Shown: positions 1 through 7,841 of the stretch, one piece after another
How positions within the stretch are numbered: position 1 is the stretch's first letter
Layout: every line of letters begins with the position of its first letter
IMG/VR virus record: IMGVR_UViG_3300005002_000003
Direction: 5' to 3' (one strand)
DNA: 20,000 nucleotides
From: an uncultured virus (IMG/VR IMGVR_UViG_3300005002_000003)
Lineage: Duplodnaviria; Heunggongvirae; Uroviricota; Caudoviricetes
Program-made: the position numbers and the translations under genes
The notes under the pieces: model-generated
What the model saw: only the letters and a program-made list of their open reading frames with translations
Databases searched by the model: none
What the model was told of the DNA's origin: nothing

Positions 1-1338
1 GTTCTGAAATCCGACGCCTATGCGAAGGACATTTTGCGCGGTAGCGATGTCTTCAAGGATGCCGAGCGCAAGATACGACTGTTCCTTCGAGGAGCAGGAG
101 GCCTTGGCAAGCAACAGCTGTTTGTACTATACGGCCAGGCTGGCGTGGGTAAGTCGATTGCGGCACGCGAAGCTCTGCTTGCGGAGTGCGGAGCAGAGAC
201 CAGCAGTGCGGAAATCCACAAACGTCTCAAACAATCCATCGCATTTGATCCCGAGGACTTCAAGGTCAGAATGGCCGCCAACCAGGCACGAGATCAAGCC
301 CGTAATCTCTACACACGTTATCTGCACAACTACACGTTGTCGAGAAAAGAAGACACACTGGTTCCGGAAACCGATGCCGATCTCAAGAACAAAGCTCTGG
401 AGAAGGTGAAGGACGTCCTGAAGGATCAGCTCTATGGATATGAACTTACGTTAGACGACGTGGAAGGTCACGGAACTCGCGTCAAGAAGACCGCAAGCGA
501 TCCCGTGGAGAAACTCAAGAAGCTCAGCGGCGACGACGCCAAGCAACCCTACCACCAGGAGAATGGCTGGATGGAAGCTCCAAACGAGATGTCCAATGAA
601 GACCTCTACTTCCAGTGCTATGTCAGCAACGCCGCTACGACATTCATCGACGAAGGCGACTACTTCCTGTCGAAGTCCAACCCATTGATGAAGATCGTCA
701 CCGATAACAAGCAGTTCCGCCGACTGTCTTCCGGCAGTAAGTCGGGCTTTGCGGAGATCAACGGCTTCATCCTGCCCGACAGCTTCTGGTACTCCGGCCG
801 CATGGTGATCACCACCAACCTCACTCCCAGGGATTTCGACGACGCCATCCGCACGCGCTCGGCGTCTTACGGACTCTATCTCTCGCTGGATCAGCTGTTC
901 GACAGACTCCGGGATATCCTGCCAAAGATTCAGAGCAACGACCTGCCGCACCTGCCACCTGTTGTGCTGACTGGCATCCGCAACATCCTCAAGAAGTTCT
1001 CCGACCAGGGAGAACTCAAGCAGTTCGACTTCCGGACCTTCGTATTGCTTGCCGATGAATATGCGCTGATGATCGAAGACACTGTCAAAGAAGCCCGGGC
1101 AGAGAACCCCGAGTTTCCGGAGTTCTCCCCCTACGTGCAGAAAGACGAGACTCTTGATGCCGCTGACGAGAGGTTCCGTAACTGGAGACAGACTCCAGAG
1201 GGCCAGCAGATCGCACAGCGCGTTGGCAAGAAATTCCGCAAGATCATCCTGAATCAGATCCAGGCGATGAACCGCGCGCACGACAGAGACGCCAACATCG
1301 TGGAACTCAAGCCCAAAGCAGACGAGGAAGCGGCGTGA
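1..1338 (+). CDS. AAA+ family P-loop ATPase (phage type), probably 5'-truncated
   Basis: Frame 1 is open from base 1, so the real start is probably upstream of the window. Walker A YGQAGVGKS, Walker B TFIDEGD, sensor-1-like VITTN and arginine-finger-like DDAIRTRS. TGA overlaps the next GTG. Confidence 0.8.
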   Translation, partial: VLKSDAYAKDILRGSDVFKDAERKIRLFLRGAGGLGKQQLFVLYGQAGVGKSIAAREALLAECGAETSSAEIHKRLKQSIAFDPEDFKVRMAANQARDQARNLYTRYLHNYTLSRKEDTLVPETDADLKNKALEKVKDVLKDQLYGYELTLDDVEGHGTRVKKTASDPVEKLKKLSGDDAKQPYHQENGWMEAPNEMSNEDLYFQCYVSNAATTFIDEGDYFLSKSNPLMKIVTDNKQFRRLSSGSKSGFAEINGFILPDSFWYSGRMVITTNLTPRDFDDAIRTRSASYGLYLSLDQLFDRLRDILPKIQSNDLPHLPPVVLTGIRNILKKFSDQGELKQFDFRTFVLLADEYALMIEDTVKEARAENPEFPEFSPYVQKDETLDAADERFRNWRQTPEGQQIAQRVGKKFRKIILNQIQAMNRAHDRDANIVELKPKADEEAA

Positions 1339-1736
1339 ACTACTCTCCGGGAAAACCACCAGCAGATTACAAACCCGTCTTCGAAGCCAACGGCGGCAGT
1401 CGCAAGGAGTCCGTGCAGGACTTCAGAGATCGTTTCTACATCAGAGTTGATCTTGAAGACAAGAGAGCCGCACGCCAGCTCATTGGCAGTGCTGACGAGG
1501 AGCGCAACGTACACGACAAGGTTTTCTTCGTGTTCTACGACGACAGCAAACGAGATGCGGCTGTGGCGGCGCTGTCCGGCGCCGGAATTGCGAGCAAATC
1601 CGGACAGGACGTGCAACCCGAGCTTGTCGGCGCCCCGGAGCCCAACAGCAAGCCAGATGCCGTGGCACCGCAGTCAGCGATGAAGAAAGCCGTTACACAA
1701 CCCCGGGAGCAGTTGAGCCTCTTCAAACCCGACTAA
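1335..1736 (+). CDS. hypothetical protein
   Basis: 133-aa ORF with GTGA start/stop overlap with the ATPase and GAGG upstream. Confidence 0.7.
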   Translation: MNYSPGKPPADYKPVFEANGGSRKESVQDFRDRFYIRVDLEDKRAARQLIGSADEERNVHDKVFFVFYDDSKRDAAVAALSGAGIASKSGQDVQPELVGAPEPNSKPDAVAPQSAMKKAVTQPREQLSLFKPD

Positions 1737-1759
1737 GACAGAAGAGAGGTGATGTTGTT

Positions 1760-2059
1760 ATGATGGAAAAACTGAAAGCCGTAGGTGCGAAACTCGAAGT
1801 AATGTTGCACACCGTTCTTGACTGGGCAACAGCGCAGATCAAGCGCCTTGATACGCCGCAGGAAATCGCAGTAGCCGCGACGCTTGTGATGATAACAGCA
1901 GACGCCGTGACTATCGGACGCTTTGGTGTCATCAAGTTCTTGATTGGCGTAGGCAAAGAAGTTCTGGAGTTCGTCTCCACTACTGCGCAGTCAGGAGGCT
2001 GGGTCTTCGTTGTCTGCATGCTGGTGTGCTACCTGATCGTAAAAGAAATCAGAAAATGA
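1760..2059 (+). CDS. small membrane protein
   Basis: RBS GAGAGGT upstream, hydrophobic segments (IAVAATLVMITA, GGWVFVVCMLVCYLIV) and a basic C-terminus. ATGA overlap with the next gene. Confidence 0.7.
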   Translation: MMEKLKAVGAKLEVMLHTVLDWATAQIKRLDTPQEIAVAATLVMITADAVTIGRFGVIKFLIGVGKEVLEFVSTTAQSGGWVFVVCMLVCYLIVKEIRK

Positions 2060-3033
2060 GTTCTGTCGGCAAACAGAAACCCAGGGGCTTATTCAAGACC
2101 CGGGAAGACCTGAATTCTCTGGATGAACTCCTGAAGGTCCAGCTCCGCGACGGCAACTGGAACTACGACGACTACATGGTGGGCCTCACCAACGGCATGA
2201 TCCTCAGTCGTCACGTAGTTGCAGATGACCCCGGGGAGCCAGCGTTTCGCAGGGCTCCCACACTCGAAGACGCAAGACAACTCCGCGACACCCTGGGGCC
2301 GGCCTACGCCGACATCTCGCTGGCTCAGCTCTGGCAAGGCATCATGGCAGAATTGAAGGAGCACGGCGACACCGCAGGAGACCTGGACGTAATTCCGGGC
2401 CGAGGCAGTGAGGAGTGGCTGACCGCCGCGAGGATCGCCGCCTCACATCTTCTGGAGAACCCCATCTACTACACAGAGATCAAGAAGATCGAGGAGTTCA
2501 CGATATACGACTTGCAGAAGCGCGTCAATCAAGTCATCAAGCGCACCGCAGGCGAGCGTCGTAAGATCAAGGGCGTGATGGAGCGCGGCTTGCAGTTCGT
2601 GAACTTTGATCCTCTATTGGGGATAGCGTATTTCCTCGCAGAGCCTACCAGGAAATTCAGTGCCGACGAATTGGATTTTCAAGGAAACCCAAAAGGAGCG
2701 ACTTCGGCTTACACACTCGAAGTGCGCTTCGTAGATTTTAAATCCTGGTTTGAGGACTGGCGCAAGGTAACTCTGGAGGAGTTTAAGGACTTCCTCAAAG
2801 TCTGCGACGTGCAGTTCTTCTGCTCGTGTCCTGCCTGGCACTTTATGCTGAAGTATCAGAACACACAGACCAATACAGCGATCTACAAGACCAACATTCC
2901 TGATCCAGTTTGGGCTCAGCGCAGTGGACAACCGCGCGGCGCCAATCTCTGCAAGCACGGCATGGCGATGACAACCAAGCTCACTCGCTATCCCGGACAG
3001 CTTCTGAAGGACATCCAGAGCAAACTGAAATAG
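2056..3033 (+). CDS. multidomain protein with a DUF5661-like motif and a C-terminal SWIM-type zinc finger
   Basis: Likely start is ATG 2056 (ATGA overlap). Motifs GIMAELKEHG...ARIAASHLLENPIYYTEI (DUF5661-like, from memory) and CSCPAW...LCKH (SWIM CxC...CxH). Confidence 0.65.
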   Translation: MSSVGKQKPRGLFKTREDLNSLDELLKVQLRDGNWNYDDYMVGLTNGMILSRHVVADDPGEPAFRRAPTLEDARQLRDTLGPAYADISLAQLWQGIMAELKEHGDTAGDLDVIPGRGSEEWLTAARIAASHLLENPIYYTEIKKIEEFTIYDLQKRVNQVIKRTAGERRKIKGVMERGLQFVNFDPLLGIAYFLAEPTRKFSADELDFQGNPKGATSAYTLEVRFVDFKSWFEDWRKVTLEEFKDFLKVCDVQFFCSCPAWHFMLKYQNTQTNTAIYKTNIPDPVWAQRSGQPRGANLCKHGMAMTTKLTRYPGQLLKDIQSKLK

Positions 3034-3035
3034 GG

Positions 3036-3064
3036 TTGACAAAAAACCACGGCGGAGATAGGGT
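3036..3064 (+). promoter_or_regulatory. sigma70-type (early) promoter, probably leaderless
   Basis: TTGACA (3036-3041), 17-bp spacer, TAGGGT (3059-3064), then 6 nt to ATG 3071 with no RBS. Confidence 0.7.
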
Positions 3065-3070
3065 GTCCGC

Positions 3071-3799
3071 ATGGATTACACCTCTCACCTCCCGCCTCGT
3101 CCTGATAAAGTCGAAGTCGGTCAGGTCTGGCGGGAGATCGTCAAGCACTCCCGTTATGACGAGCTTACTCTCGATGTGATATGGCTAGTTTTATCCGAGG
3201 TCTCTATCATGCGACTTGGTGGTAGCTATGGCCACCCTACTCCAGCAGGCGGCGCGCTGGTCTTCGAAGTCCCCACGAAATCGGAGGTGTGGCAATTACT
3301 ATCCCTCCCACGCATAGAATTCAAACCCGGACAGCTCTGGTATAACAGAGCTACCATGAAGCTGTTCCGCGCAGAGAGCAAACGAGGTACATTCTATCTC
3401 AGCGGTGACTGGCACCTCATTGAGGATGCGCCATCTGACGCGAACCTTAATCTATCTGAAACAAAAAATAAAGGAGAAAACAAAATGTTCACACAAACAC
3501 ACAGGGTTTCAGACGTGGTGCTGAAGCAGATCGATCGGGAAACCATTGCAGACTCGGCGCAGGAGCTGGCACAGTTGTTTGGATACGTATCCGTTACCCA
3601 TGACGACAGACTGACTCCTCGTTTTCGCATACCGGGTAAACTTGTGGGAGGTATCGACGTCACCCCGGAAGAAGTAGAAAAATTGTTTCGCGACCGCATT
3701 GTGGGCAACTCCGATCTCACAGTTCTCAACGCCGCATGCGGCTTTGGGATTGTGGAAAGAGTGGTCTTCGAAGAAATCAAGGAAGGAGATCGCCGATGA
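3071..3799 (+). CDS. hypothetical protein, possibly two genes (in-frame internal start at 3485)
   Basis: 242-aa ORF with two GQ(V/L)W motifs in the N-terminal half. Strong AAGGAG RBS at 3471 before in-frame ATG 3485. Confidence 0.6.
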   Translation: MDYTSHLPPRPDKVEVGQVWREIVKHSRYDELTLDVIWLVLSEVSIMRLGGSYGHPTPAGGALVFEVPTKSEVWQLLSLPRIEFKPGQLWYNRATMKLFRAESKRGTFYLSGDWHLIEDAPSDANLNLSETKNKGENKMFTQTHRVSDVVLKQIDRETIADSAQELAQLFGYVSVTHDDRLTPRFRIPGKLVGGIDVTPEEVEKLFRDRIVGNSDLTVLNAACGFGIVERVVFEEIKEGDRR

Positions 3800-4110
3800 A
3801 AGCAATCCGTAAACTCCTATTGCGCTTGCTCCAGAAGGAGCAACGCTGGGTAAGCGGCATGATGGAAGGCTACAACACCGAGGAGCCCGCAGGAGAACCG
3901 TCGCTTACCATATCATCGCCCTTCTCGATCTCCTCTTGCTCCAACTGTCCCTTTCGTATCATAGACCCGGAACACGTCTTTTGTGGATTACCGGGTTCCC
4001 GTCGTGACAAGAATGTCACGAAGTTTTATGACAACGATACACTGCCTAAGTGGTGTCCTCTGCCAGAGTCTCTCGATCGTGATCTCGTAGTGCAGAGATA
4101 TAAATCATGA
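3796..4110 (+). CDS. Cys-rich phage hypothetical protein
   Basis: ATG 3796 with GGAAGGAG RBS and ATGA overlap. CSNCPF...FC...PKWCPL putative metal-binding motif. Confidence 0.65.
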   Translation: MKAIRKLLLRLLQKEQRWVSGMMEGYNTEEPAGEPSLTISSPFSISSCSNCPFRIIDPEHVFCGLPGSRRDKNVTKFYDNDTLPKWCPLPESLDRDLVVQRYKS

Positions 4111-4535
4111 AGCACTACCATTACACATTTGATGTGGACTTCAAGGCGGCAGGCGAGGACAACGACTTCAGCCATGCGCAGAAGCTATACGCTGTTTTGA
4201 TGGAGGCTTTCGAAATTCTGTTGGGTAGGATTCGATACCATCAGCCTTTTGCTTACCCGCTCTTTGCGAATATCGAAGTCTCGCCCCGTGTGATGACCTA
4301 TGTCAGAAAGCTGGCGTGCTACAAGAAAAGCGAACTCAGGTTGCCGCTTCCCGTGGTTGCGACAAATGTTATCGTTCTTCCTGAAGATTCGTCCAGTGAG
4401 ATTCATGGTTATTACTCCTTTGTTATGACAAAGCATCGCAGTTTGAATCGCGGTCTTGACGAGGGAGATAACGAGGCGGGATTTTCGATATATCTGGAAA
4501 ACTACGATACTGTCTATCCGGGAGAACCTCAATGA
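4107..4535 (+). CDS. hypothetical protein
   Basis: 142-aa ORF with ATGA overlap with the upstream gene. Confidence 0.65.
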   Translation: MKHYHYTFDVDFKAAGEDNDFSHAQKLYAVLMEAFEILLGRIRYHQPFAYPLFANIEVSPRVMTYVRKLACYKKSELRLPLPVVATNVIVLPEDSSSEIHGYYSFVMTKHRSLNRGLDEGDNEAGFSIYLENYDTVYPGEPQ

Positions 4536-4589
4536 GTGAAACCCATGACACGAACTGTGGGCCCCTCAGAGCACAGCAGGAGAAGAGTA

Positions 4590-5021
4590 ATGAAGCGTGA
4601 TTACAGTCTGTTACGAGCAGTGATCTATTTCGCAGAGCAGAAACTCAGGGAGACCTGGTGGCTCTGGCTCTATATCGGGATATTGATCCCCGTAGAATAC
4701 ATGGGGAGCGAGCTAAAGTGCCCCAATTGCGGAGACTCGGGTTGGCTGGAGTTTCTTCTCCTCAGAGTGCTCTTGCTACCAATCGTTGCCACCCTGATCT
4801 TCAGCATGTCGGTCCTTGCACTACTCGCCGTGCTCCTAGTGAAAGACTTCTTCCCTGGCTGGATCAGGGAGTTTCTTCTTTGGATAAAGAGGAACTGGGC
4901 GCAGGCAAAAGTCAGGGCGAAGTATAACTCGCCGGTAGAAGAATCCCAGTCCGTACCGGGCCCCGTAGTGAAGGTCAAGCGTGGGAGAGCGAGACGTTCC
5001 TCAGCAGGAGAGCCGAAATGA
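4590..5021 (+). CDS. membrane protein with two TM segments flanking a CPNC motif
   Basis: ATG 4590 follows AGGAG (alternative start GTG 4536). Two hydrophobic stretches. Confidence 0.65.
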   Translation: MKRDYSLLRAVIYFAEQKLRETWWLWLYIGILIPVEYMGSELKCPNCGDSGWLEFLLLRVLLLPIVATLIFSMSVLALLAVLLVKDFFPGWIREFLLWIKRNWAQAKVRAKYNSPVEESQSVPGPVVKVKRGRARRSSAGEPK

Positions 5022-5417
5022 AATCTTTCTCCCTGATTGTGTTCCTTGCGCTGTGCATAACCTGTCAAGAGGAGCCCGCAACGGCTTTGACTTGCAGGGA
5101 AACCGAGACAGCTGACAGCGTGATATCACGGCGCCAGTGGATTCTGGATTGTGTGAAGACTCAGACGTCATCACTGCAAACCTCAGCGGCTCAGCTGGAG
5201 CAGAAAGAAGACATCATTGATGAGTGCGCAGACCATTCCTTGAAGTTGCGCGTGACTACCTGTGAGCCTCAACTCGAAGTCTATGAATGGCGCAGGCTAC
5301 AGGGACTGCGCGGGCTTCAGCGAGAAATCCGTACAGGGGCAGGCCTGCGGCCGCGCGCGACTCTATTACGAGTCCACGGGAAGGCTTCCCCGTGGAAAGG
5401 AGTCGGCGAAGAAATGA
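5018..5417 (+). CDS. exported or lipoprotein-like Cys-rich protein, probably frameshifted near 5282
   Basis: AGGAG RBS and signal-like N-terminus MKSFSLIVFLALCITC. The +1 frame (MNGAGYRDCAGFSEKSVQGQAC...KK*) ends in an ATGA overlap at 5414-5417. Confidence 0.45.
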
Positions 5418-5815
5418 GCAAACCCGGAAAGCCCAGTCACATAGATAAGTTGCACGCATTGCAGGAGTCCGGCTTGTTGCAGGAACTCTGTGACTATGCG
5501 GACTTCGCCCCCCAGAAGCTGGTAGCCGCCTACCGGGCGGTATCGCAGAGTCAGTTGCCAGCGGAGGCCTTGTTGACATCGCTTGACGCACTGGACTCCG
5601 AATGCCAGCGGCTGGGCCTGGAGTTTGATCTCGGTCACACTATGTTTTGCGGCCAGCGGATGAGAGATTTCCACGTCAGGAAGTCTGACCAGACCGGCGA
5701 CCCCATCTGGTTGTCAGTGGAACAACGCAGTGAATTCCAGCACGGACTTGCGGGCCTGCTGATTGCCATGACGTGTGTGTTAACCTGGCGGGGGTCTAAG
5801 CCTGACTGGGAATGA
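5414..5815 (+). CDS. hypothetical protein (C-terminal half of ORF 5018..5815)
   Basis: ATG 5414 preceded by AAGGAG. MSKPGKPSH...DWE*. Confidence 0.55.
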   Translation: MSKPGKPSHIDKLHALQESGLLQELCDYADFAPQKLVAAYRAVSQSQLPAEALLTSLDALDSECQRLGLEFDLGHTMFCGQRMRDFHVRKSDQTGDPIWLSVEQRSEFQHGLAGLLIAMTCVLTWRGSKPDWE

Positions 5816-5836
5816 GGGCGCCTCCTACTCCTAATG

Positions 5837-5981
5837 ATCTGAAAACCTCCGCGCTATGGTGCGGAGCGCGAAATTCCACGCCGGGGTTTCTGCTGTCGTC
5901 GCCGGAGATTCTCCGGTCCCCTCGGGGTTACGACCCCGGGGATGTTGTCTCCGCCCGCTAGACATAGCGGGCATTTTTTTT
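5837..5981 (+). ncRNA. candidate structured small RNA
   Basis: 180-bp intergenic gap with a CTAAT motif at 5831, three GC-rich hairpins and a terminator. No convincing ORF. The start coordinate is approximate. Confidence 0.4.
5953..5981 (+). terminator. rho-independent terminator
   Basis: GCCCGCTA-GACA-TAGCGGGC followed by A and T8. Confidence 0.85.
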
Positions 5982-5985
5982 GCCC

Positions 5986-5991
5986 ACTAAA
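5986..5991 (+). promoter_or_regulatory. putative phage late promoter (-10-only, ACTAAA)
   Basis: ACTAAA begins 11 nt before ATG 5997. The same motif and spacing occur at 7831 and 9777. Confidence 0.6.
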
Positions 5992-5996
5992 GCTAC

Positions 5997-7490
5997 ATGC
6001 CATTCCAAGCCTCCCGCGATCCGGGGAAAAACATCTCTCATCTCAAACACAGCAAGCACGGGAAGAAAATGAAGCCCGAGCAACGCCTGGCGGCGGGCCT
6101 CACCATGGCGCGTAAAGCCGGCGCCGATATTCCGGAGAAAGTCGAGGAAAGTCGCACGCTGTTTATCGACGGCCGGCAGGCTTTCAATGCCAGGGGCCAG
6201 AAGATCGCAACTCTGGAGTCCCTTCAGCACGGCTTTGAGATCGCCGCCATGCGGGGCTTCTCGGAGGTTGTGGATGTCCGAAGCAAGGCGCGATACGTGG
6301 AAGCCAAAGGAAAATTACAGGAAGGCGGCGGTGCCGGCGTCCAGGTGTTTTTCAAAGCGCACCTCACGCCAGCTGGTAAACCCGACACTTACTCCATGCG
6401 AGGAGAAATCCAACTGATATCTTACAACGATTCAATCTCCTCAGAAGACGAGAGGAACGACGAGATTGACCTCGGCACCATCAAAGTCAAATTACATCCT
6501 GAAGTTGTGAAAGAACTGCGCCAGAAAATGCGTAGCGAACAGCAACTCACCACAAAGAAGTTCAGCCAGACTATTCGCATCACCCATGCTGAGTCGCATG
6601 GCTTCGTAGTGAGTGGCGGCTGGATTCGCAAGCCACTTCCCGACAGTGTCTCTACGCCCGGTGGAAGTACTTCTTCAGCATTTCTCTCCGTGGAAGTAAC
6701 CTACGGGCACGACATGATTGTTCAGGAAGAATCCAACTTGTGGACTTGGTATCCATCCGAAGACGTGAAGGGACTGTACGCAGTCCTCGATAGTTTTGAT
6801 GACGAAGAGGAACTTACTGAGAGCGTGCAGGACACCAAAGTAGAGGAAAGTCGCACACTGTTCATGGTCCAAAGCAAGGCGCGATACGTGGAGGCTCATG
6901 CAGATGTCCCTGCCTTACAGAAGCGCACAGCAGACGCGGTCCAGAAATTTGGAGACCTGGCGGCAACCGCTGAGAAACATCTGGCAGACGCCACCTCACA
7001 GCCCACTTATGTAAGTGAGCTGGAAACCGTTTATCAGGCAACTTCAGAACAGTTTCTGAAGGGCGTTACACTTATGGAGCAGGCCTCAAAAGGGCTCTAT
7101 CGATTTCTGTATTCCCCTGATGACGTGAGCGAAATCATGTCATCTCTCACCGAGAGCGCGCAGGACACCTTGAAGAAAGACGTCGTGGCGTACTTCACAG
7201 CGAAAATGCCAGAAGAAGTCCAGCAGGCCTGGGCAAACGCCAGCGCCAATCTCATGCACGGTCCCTCCGCCGGAGAGGGCACCTTCCAGAGCAACACGGC
7301 AATTGTCAAGGAATGGGCAGACGCCAATATCTTCGATGTCTATTACGACGAGCAAACCGGAGAAGTAATGACCGACGAGCCGCAAGGCTTCGAAGACGGC
7401 GATGAGTGGGTTGAGCCCGGAGAATACTGGCAGATTGACGGCTATGATGCCAAACGCTGGGTATTTGGCGAACTTGCGCGTTACGTATGA
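5997..7490 (+). CDS. putative internal head polyprotein with repeated E|S linkers
   Basis: 497 aa. Duplicated KVEESRTLF, SKARYVEA and LTES(V/A)QDT segments, and an acidic C-terminal module. Confidence 0.6.
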   Translation: MPFQASRDPGKNISHLKHSKHGKKMKPEQRLAAGLTMARKAGADIPEKVEESRTLFIDGRQAFNARGQKIATLESLQHGFEIAAMRGFSEVVDVRSKARYVEAKGKLQEGGGAGVQVFFKAHLTPAGKPDTYSMRGEIQLISYNDSISSEDERNDEIDLGTIKVKLHPEVVKELRQKMRSEQQLTTKKFSQTIRITHAESHGFVVSGGWIRKPLPDSVSTPGGSTSSAFLSVEVTYGHDMIVQEESNLWTWYPSEDVKGLYAVLDSFDDEEELTESVQDTKVEESRTLFMVQSKARYVEAHADVPALQKRTADAVQKFGDLAATAEKHLADATSQPTYVSELETVYQATSEQFLKGVTLMEQASKGLYRFLYSPDDVSEIMSSLTESAQDTLKKDVVAYFTAKMPEEVQQAWANASANLMHGPSAGEGTFQSNTAIVKEWADANIFDVYYDEQTGEVMTDEPQGFEDGDEWVEPGEYWQIDGYDAKRWVFGELARYV

Positions 7491-7798
7491 GAGAGACTAT
7501 GATCGACTCCAGATACGCCGCAGACATGCGTTTCCTTCGCGAGGGAGATACTGACCGCGAGATGCGCGCACTACGCGAAGGCGTAATGGATTACAAACAT
7601 ACGCCAACCAATCTTCAGAACTTGGCGTCCAAAAATCCACTAGCTTCGCCGCGCACATCAGGCGTCAGCGATGACGACTATCTGCGAAAGCACGGCGCCA
7701 GATTGCCGGCCCCACGCCAGGAAGACAATCTGCTCGCCCCGGCCAACAGGCTCTGCAACTCGCGATTAAGAAAGGCCTGGTGCAGGGACACTTTGTAA
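7487..7798 (+). CDS. small putative head protein (LREG twice), possible -1 frameshift product ending at 7809
   Basis: ATGA overlap, FLRE|G and ALRE|G motifs, CGA-AAG at 7685-7690. Confidence 0.55.
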   Translation: MRETMIDSRYAADMRFLREGDTDREMRALREGVMDYKHTPTNLQNLASKNPLASPRTSGVSDDDYLRKHGARLPAPRQEDNLLAPANRLCNSRLRKAWCRDTL

Positions 7799-7830
7799 AA
7801 AGGGCGTGACAAATCACGATGAGGGTTCGC

Positions 7831-7836
7831 ACTAAA
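7831..7836 (+). promoter_or_regulatory. putative phage late promoter (ACTAAA)
   Basis: ACTAAA begins 11 nt before ATG 7842, with no RBS in between. Confidence 0.6.
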
Positions 7837-7841
7837 CCTCT

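Noticed and set aside
1760..2059. Holin call (Met-Met start, TM segments)
   Set aside because: No endolysin or spanin is adjacent and there is no family motif, so it is left as a membrane protein.
7150..7490. Ocr-like anti-restriction identity for the acidic C-terminal module
   Set aside because: Only acidity and a vague WADANIFDVY resemblance support it, which is not enough for a call.
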